Positions 60,867 through 64,000 of a stretch of 64,000 nucleotides of DNA are shown here, one piece after another. Under the pieces are notes generated by a model. That model saw only the letters and a program-made list of their open reading frames with translations. It was not told where the DNA came from and ran no database searches. The translations under genes and the position numbers were made by a program. Positions within the stretch are counted from its first letter, which is position 1. Every line of letters begins with the position of its first letter. This DNA is from Candidatus Magasanikiibacteriota bacterium (GTDB lineage Bacteria; Patescibacteriota; Patescibacteriia; Magasanikbacterales; UBA922): NCBI GenBank assembly GCA_018661775.1, contig JABJHO010000014.1:42305-106304 (forward strand). The letters are read 5' to 3'.

Positions 60867-61169
60867 TTAGCTGAGTCCAGGAATATCCGGGAGGCCGCCC
60901 ATTTCTTTCATTTTCATTGCCATAATGCGTTGCATTTTTTTTGTTGCATCTTCGTGAGCTTTTTTGATTCCTTCTTGCAACTTTTCTTTTTTGTTTGGGC
61001 TGAGTAATTCGTCATCAATAGCTAGTCCTACCATTTTAAGGTTTCCGTCAAGTGTCATAACAACTTTGTCTCCCGCTGCTTTTACGGTAATTGTTTCTTG
61101 TGAAAGTTTGGATTGCAATTCTTTTGCTTGTGAGCGAAGGTCTTTGAACTGTTTAATTTTTGACAGCAT
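60867..61169 (-). CDS. ybaB: nucleoid-associated protein YbaB/EbfC
   Basis: 100 aa, KELQSKL...GGLPDIPGL typical of YbaB. Confidence 0.85.
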   Translation of the reverse strand: MLSKIKQFKDLRSQAKELQSKLSQETITVKAAGDKVVMTLDGNLKMVGLAIDDELLSPNKKEKLQEGIKKAHEDATKKMQRIMAMKMKEMGGLPDIPGLS

Positions 61170-61237
61170 AGAGTAGGATTTTTATTATATAATTCTCTTG
61201 TGAGATAGTACCATAATTACCCTGCGTTTGCAACTGG

Positions 61238-62716
61238 TTAAAACGTTGGTACTTGTGGTGAGTGGGATGGACTTTGTGTTATTTGTGGTCCGGGTTGTGG
61301 TGTTAGAGGGGCGCTTCCTGGGGCAACAAAATGTTTATCAAGGTTTTGGAAACTTGCTCGAGTTGCGTCAAAAAATAGCTTTACCACACCTGTTGGACCA
61401 TTTCTGTGTTTTGCAATATGTATCTCGGCAATGTTGCGTTCATCTGGGGGAATATCTTCGAGACGGTAGTTTCTGTCGGCGGATTTTCTATAAATAAATA
61501 GTACGACATCGGCATCTTGCTCAATACTTCCCGAATCACGAAGATGAGAGAGTTTTGGAATAGATGGTTTGGTTTGTTCTACTGCACGAGAAAGCTGCGA
61601 GAGCGCAAGGACTGGTACATTGAGTTCACGTGCAATACCTTTGAGATTTCGACTCATTTCTGCTACCTCTTGAACCCGGTTATCCGAATTTCTTTTTGAA
61701 TGAGAATGCATGAGCTGCAAATAGTCAATAACAATTAGTCCTAAATTATGCTCTGCCTTGAGTTTTCTGGCTTTTGCACGGATATGCATAACATTGTTTC
61801 CTGGTGAATCATCAATAAATATTGGTGCATCAGACAAGATACCCATGGCGCGGCCAATTTTTGGAAAATCATCACTATCTGGCCTGTCAGACAAGTTTCC
61901 TGTTCTCATTTTCCATAAATCAACCTGTGCTTCGGCACAGAGCATCCTGTCAACAAGCTGTTCTTTACTCATCTCAAGAGAAAATATTCCCACCGGGAGA
62001 TTAGATTGTATGGCAGCGTTGCGTGCAATATCTAAACAAAAAGATGTTTTTCCAACTGACGGACGTGCGGCAAGAATAACCAAATCAGATTTTTGGAGAC
62101 CAGCCAGAAGACTGTCTAAATCCGAAAAGCCAGTAGGGACCCCACGAAGCTTACCTTTGTCCCTATGGAGTTCGTCAATACGCTCAAATGCATCACTGAG
62201 CACGTGTTGAATCGTGGTAAAGTTAGAGGTAAGGTGTTTTTGTGTTACCTGAGCCAATTCTTTTTGTGCCTCATCAAGAATCTCATCAATATTTTCTGCC
62301 TCCTCACCATACCCAAGCGCAGTGATTTTATCTGCAGCAATCAGGAGTTTTCTGTGCACTGATTTTTTTTGTATAATTTTTGCATACTCCATAACATGAG
62401 ATGCTGTAGGTACGACGGTTGAGAGTTTGGCAATATAGCCATGCCCGCCAACCGCATCGATTTTTTGCAATTCCGAAAGCCGATTACTTACAGTAAGCAC
62501 GTCAATTGATTCATTTTTGCTGTACAATTCTGTGATAATGGTAAATATATCTTTGTGGGCATTTTTGTAGAAATCTTCAGGAGACATAATGTCTATAATC
62601 TTTGCAATTGCCTCTTTGTCTAGCAAAAGAGATCCAAGAAGAGACATTTCGGCTTCAATGTTTTGCGGTGGGATTTTGTGGAGAGATGAGGTAGTCATAG
62701 TAAACATATGATACAC
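61238..62716 (-). CDS. dnaB: replicative DNA helicase
   Basis: IPPQNIEAEMSLLGSLL N-domain, Walker A (ARPSVGKTSF), H2-H4 RecA motifs. Pro/Gln-rich C-terminal tail. Alternate start ATG 62698. Confidence 0.9.
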   Translation of the reverse strand: MYHMFTMTTSSLHKIPPQNIEAEMSLLGSLLLDKEAIAKIIDIMSPEDFYKNAHKDIFTIITELYSKNESIDVLTVSNRLSELQKIDAVGGHGYIAKLSTVVPTASHVMEYAKIIQKKSVHRKLLIAADKITALGYGEEAENIDEILDEAQKELAQVTQKHLTSNFTTIQHVLSDAFERIDELHRDKGKLRGVPTGFSDLDSLLAGLQKSDLVILAARPSVGKTSFCLDIARNAAIQSNLPVGIFSLEMSKEQLVDRMLCAEAQVDLWKMRTGNLSDRPDSDDFPKIGRAMGILSDAPIFIDDSPGNNVMHIRAKARKLKAEHNLGLIVIDYLQLMHSHSKRNSDNRVQEVAEMSRNLKGIARELNVPVLALSQLSRAVEQTKPSIPKLSHLRDSGSIEQDADVVLFIYRKSADRNYRLEDIPPDERNIAEIHIAKHRNGPTGVVKLFFDATRASFQNLDKHFVAPGSAPLTPQPGPQITQSPSHSPQVPTF

Positions 62717-62751
62717 AAAATAATATGTATTTTCAAGATTCTATATTATAT

Positions 62752-62798
62752 TGTTGTGTATATGTTGTGTATATGTTGTGTATATGTTGTGTTCTGCC
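62752..62798. repeat. tandem repeat (tatatgttgtg) ~4 copies in dnaB upstream region
   Basis: Direct visual repeat ttgtgtatatgttgtgtatatgttgtgtatatgttgtg. Confidence 0.6.
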
Positions 62799-62886
62799 TA
62801 GTGTGGGTGTGTGTGTGATTTCTTGTATTTTTTCTTTACCGTGCTATCATACAGTATGTTAAGGTATGTAAATTACGTAAAAAACA

Positions 62887-64000
62887 TGAAAGTTTGTGTT
62901 ATTAGTAATATTTACCCACCATTTCATAGGGGTGGTGCCGAGCAGGTGGTAGTAAAGACCGTTGAAGGGCTTGTTCGTGCAGGACACAATGTAATAGTCA
63001 TGACGTCAACACCAGAAAAAAATGGTATCGAAAAAGTGGGTGGAATAACAATATATAGAAAAAAACCATGGAATGTCTTTTTTTATACAGATGCACACAG
63101 GTATCCTGTTTTTTTGCGTGCCGTATGGCATATTCTTAATATGTGGAATATACAAATGGTATTTTGGGTGTGGCGTACGATTAAAAAAGAGCAGATTGAC
63201 ATTGTTCATACACACAATCTTATGGGGGTAAGTTTTTTGTTGCCGGTACTGCTGCGGTTACTTAATGTGGTGCACGTGCATACCGTCCACGATGTGCAAC
63301 TGGTTGAACCAAGTGGTATGGTGTTAAAACAATATGAACAGTCGTGGCGTTATACTGGATTCCCAACAAAGATATATACAAGTATTATGCGGATGCTATT
63401 TGGGTCGCCCGATGCGGTTATTTCTCCTTCAGAATTTTTGTTACGGTTTTATACCTCAAGAGGGTTTTTTCCACAATCAAAAAAGGTGGTTATACGAAAT
63501 CCCATGACGTTTCCGCTGCGTGCCATACAAAAAGAGCATGTTCATTCGCCAATGCGTTTTGTCTATGCCGGACAAATAGAATATCACAAAGGGGTAGAAA
63601 TGCTTATTGACGCCTTTATTGGCCTTGATGCATCTATTGCACAACAGAGTGAATTGCATATTGTTGGAGGAGGTACGCTTCATACTGTGTGTAAGAAAAA
63701 AACAGAAGGACATCCTCATATACACATACACAAAAGAATGGAGCGAGGCGCGCTGTCGTCTTTTCTTGACACTATGGATATGGCGGTAGTACCATCGCTT
63801 TGTTATGAAAATTCGCCTACCATTATTTTTGAAAGTTTTTCTTCGGGTTTACCAGTGCTTGCAAGTAATATTGAAGGTGTGGTTGAGCTGATTAAAGAAG
63901 AGGAAAATGGATTGATGTTTGAGGCAGGAAACATACCGTCATTACAAGAAAAAATAACATGGTGTGTACAACATCCAGATAGTATTCTTCTTATGAGCCA
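62887..64000 (+). CDS. GT-B glycosyltransferase (GT4/GT1-like), 3' end truncated by window
   Basis: ATG 62887, open to end of window. N-terminal GGAE motif and C-terminal E..P.......E(S/A)...G.P motif region of retaining GT4 enzymes. Confidence 0.7.

Overview
This 64 kb window reads as a small, AT-rich, gene-dense bacterial chromosome segment. It uses the standard genetic code: long conserved genes such as secA and ligA contain no internal UGA. The gene content and the many fused genes resemble Candidate Phyla Radiation (Patescibacteria) genomes; that placement is an inference. Housekeeping genes dominate: pyrH (archaeal type), tsaE, glyA, hpf, secA, secDF, dus, dnaG-rpoD, ligA, gatCA, lgt, ung, pgsA, mraZ-rsmH-ftsL, rplU, recR-ybaB-dnaB, and two tandem tRNA-Ser genes. 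Five things stand out. (1) A divergent pair of a radical-SAM/GNAT Elp3 homologue and a clear Trm9/ALKBH8-type methyltransferase, the core of the eukaryote/archaeal mcm5U34 tRNA wobble pathway. (2) A five-gene minus-strand operon: ATP-grasp ligase, cytoplasmic NlpC/P60-like peptidase, MraY, Bpt/ATE-family aminoacyl-tRNA transferase and Mpl-type murein peptide ligase. It sits divergent to murB and next to a LysW-like zinc ribbon, and suggests a non-canonical or salvage peptidoglycan stem-peptide route. (3) Several domain fusions: SecD carrying parvulin PPIase domains, a Zwf-Gnd fusion, a tandem LOG-domain protein, and a membrane-anchored Clp ATPase with an N-terminal Cys4 ribbon. (4) A type IV pilus locus (pilM, CheY-like regulator, pilin, pilD) with an embedded cytoplasmic protein built from nine 21-residue leucine-rich-type repeats. 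(5) GC-rich islets, the largest directly downstream of the tandem tRNA-Ser genes, that look horizontally acquired. Function calls rest on motif-level reading of the translated ORFs. No database search could be run.
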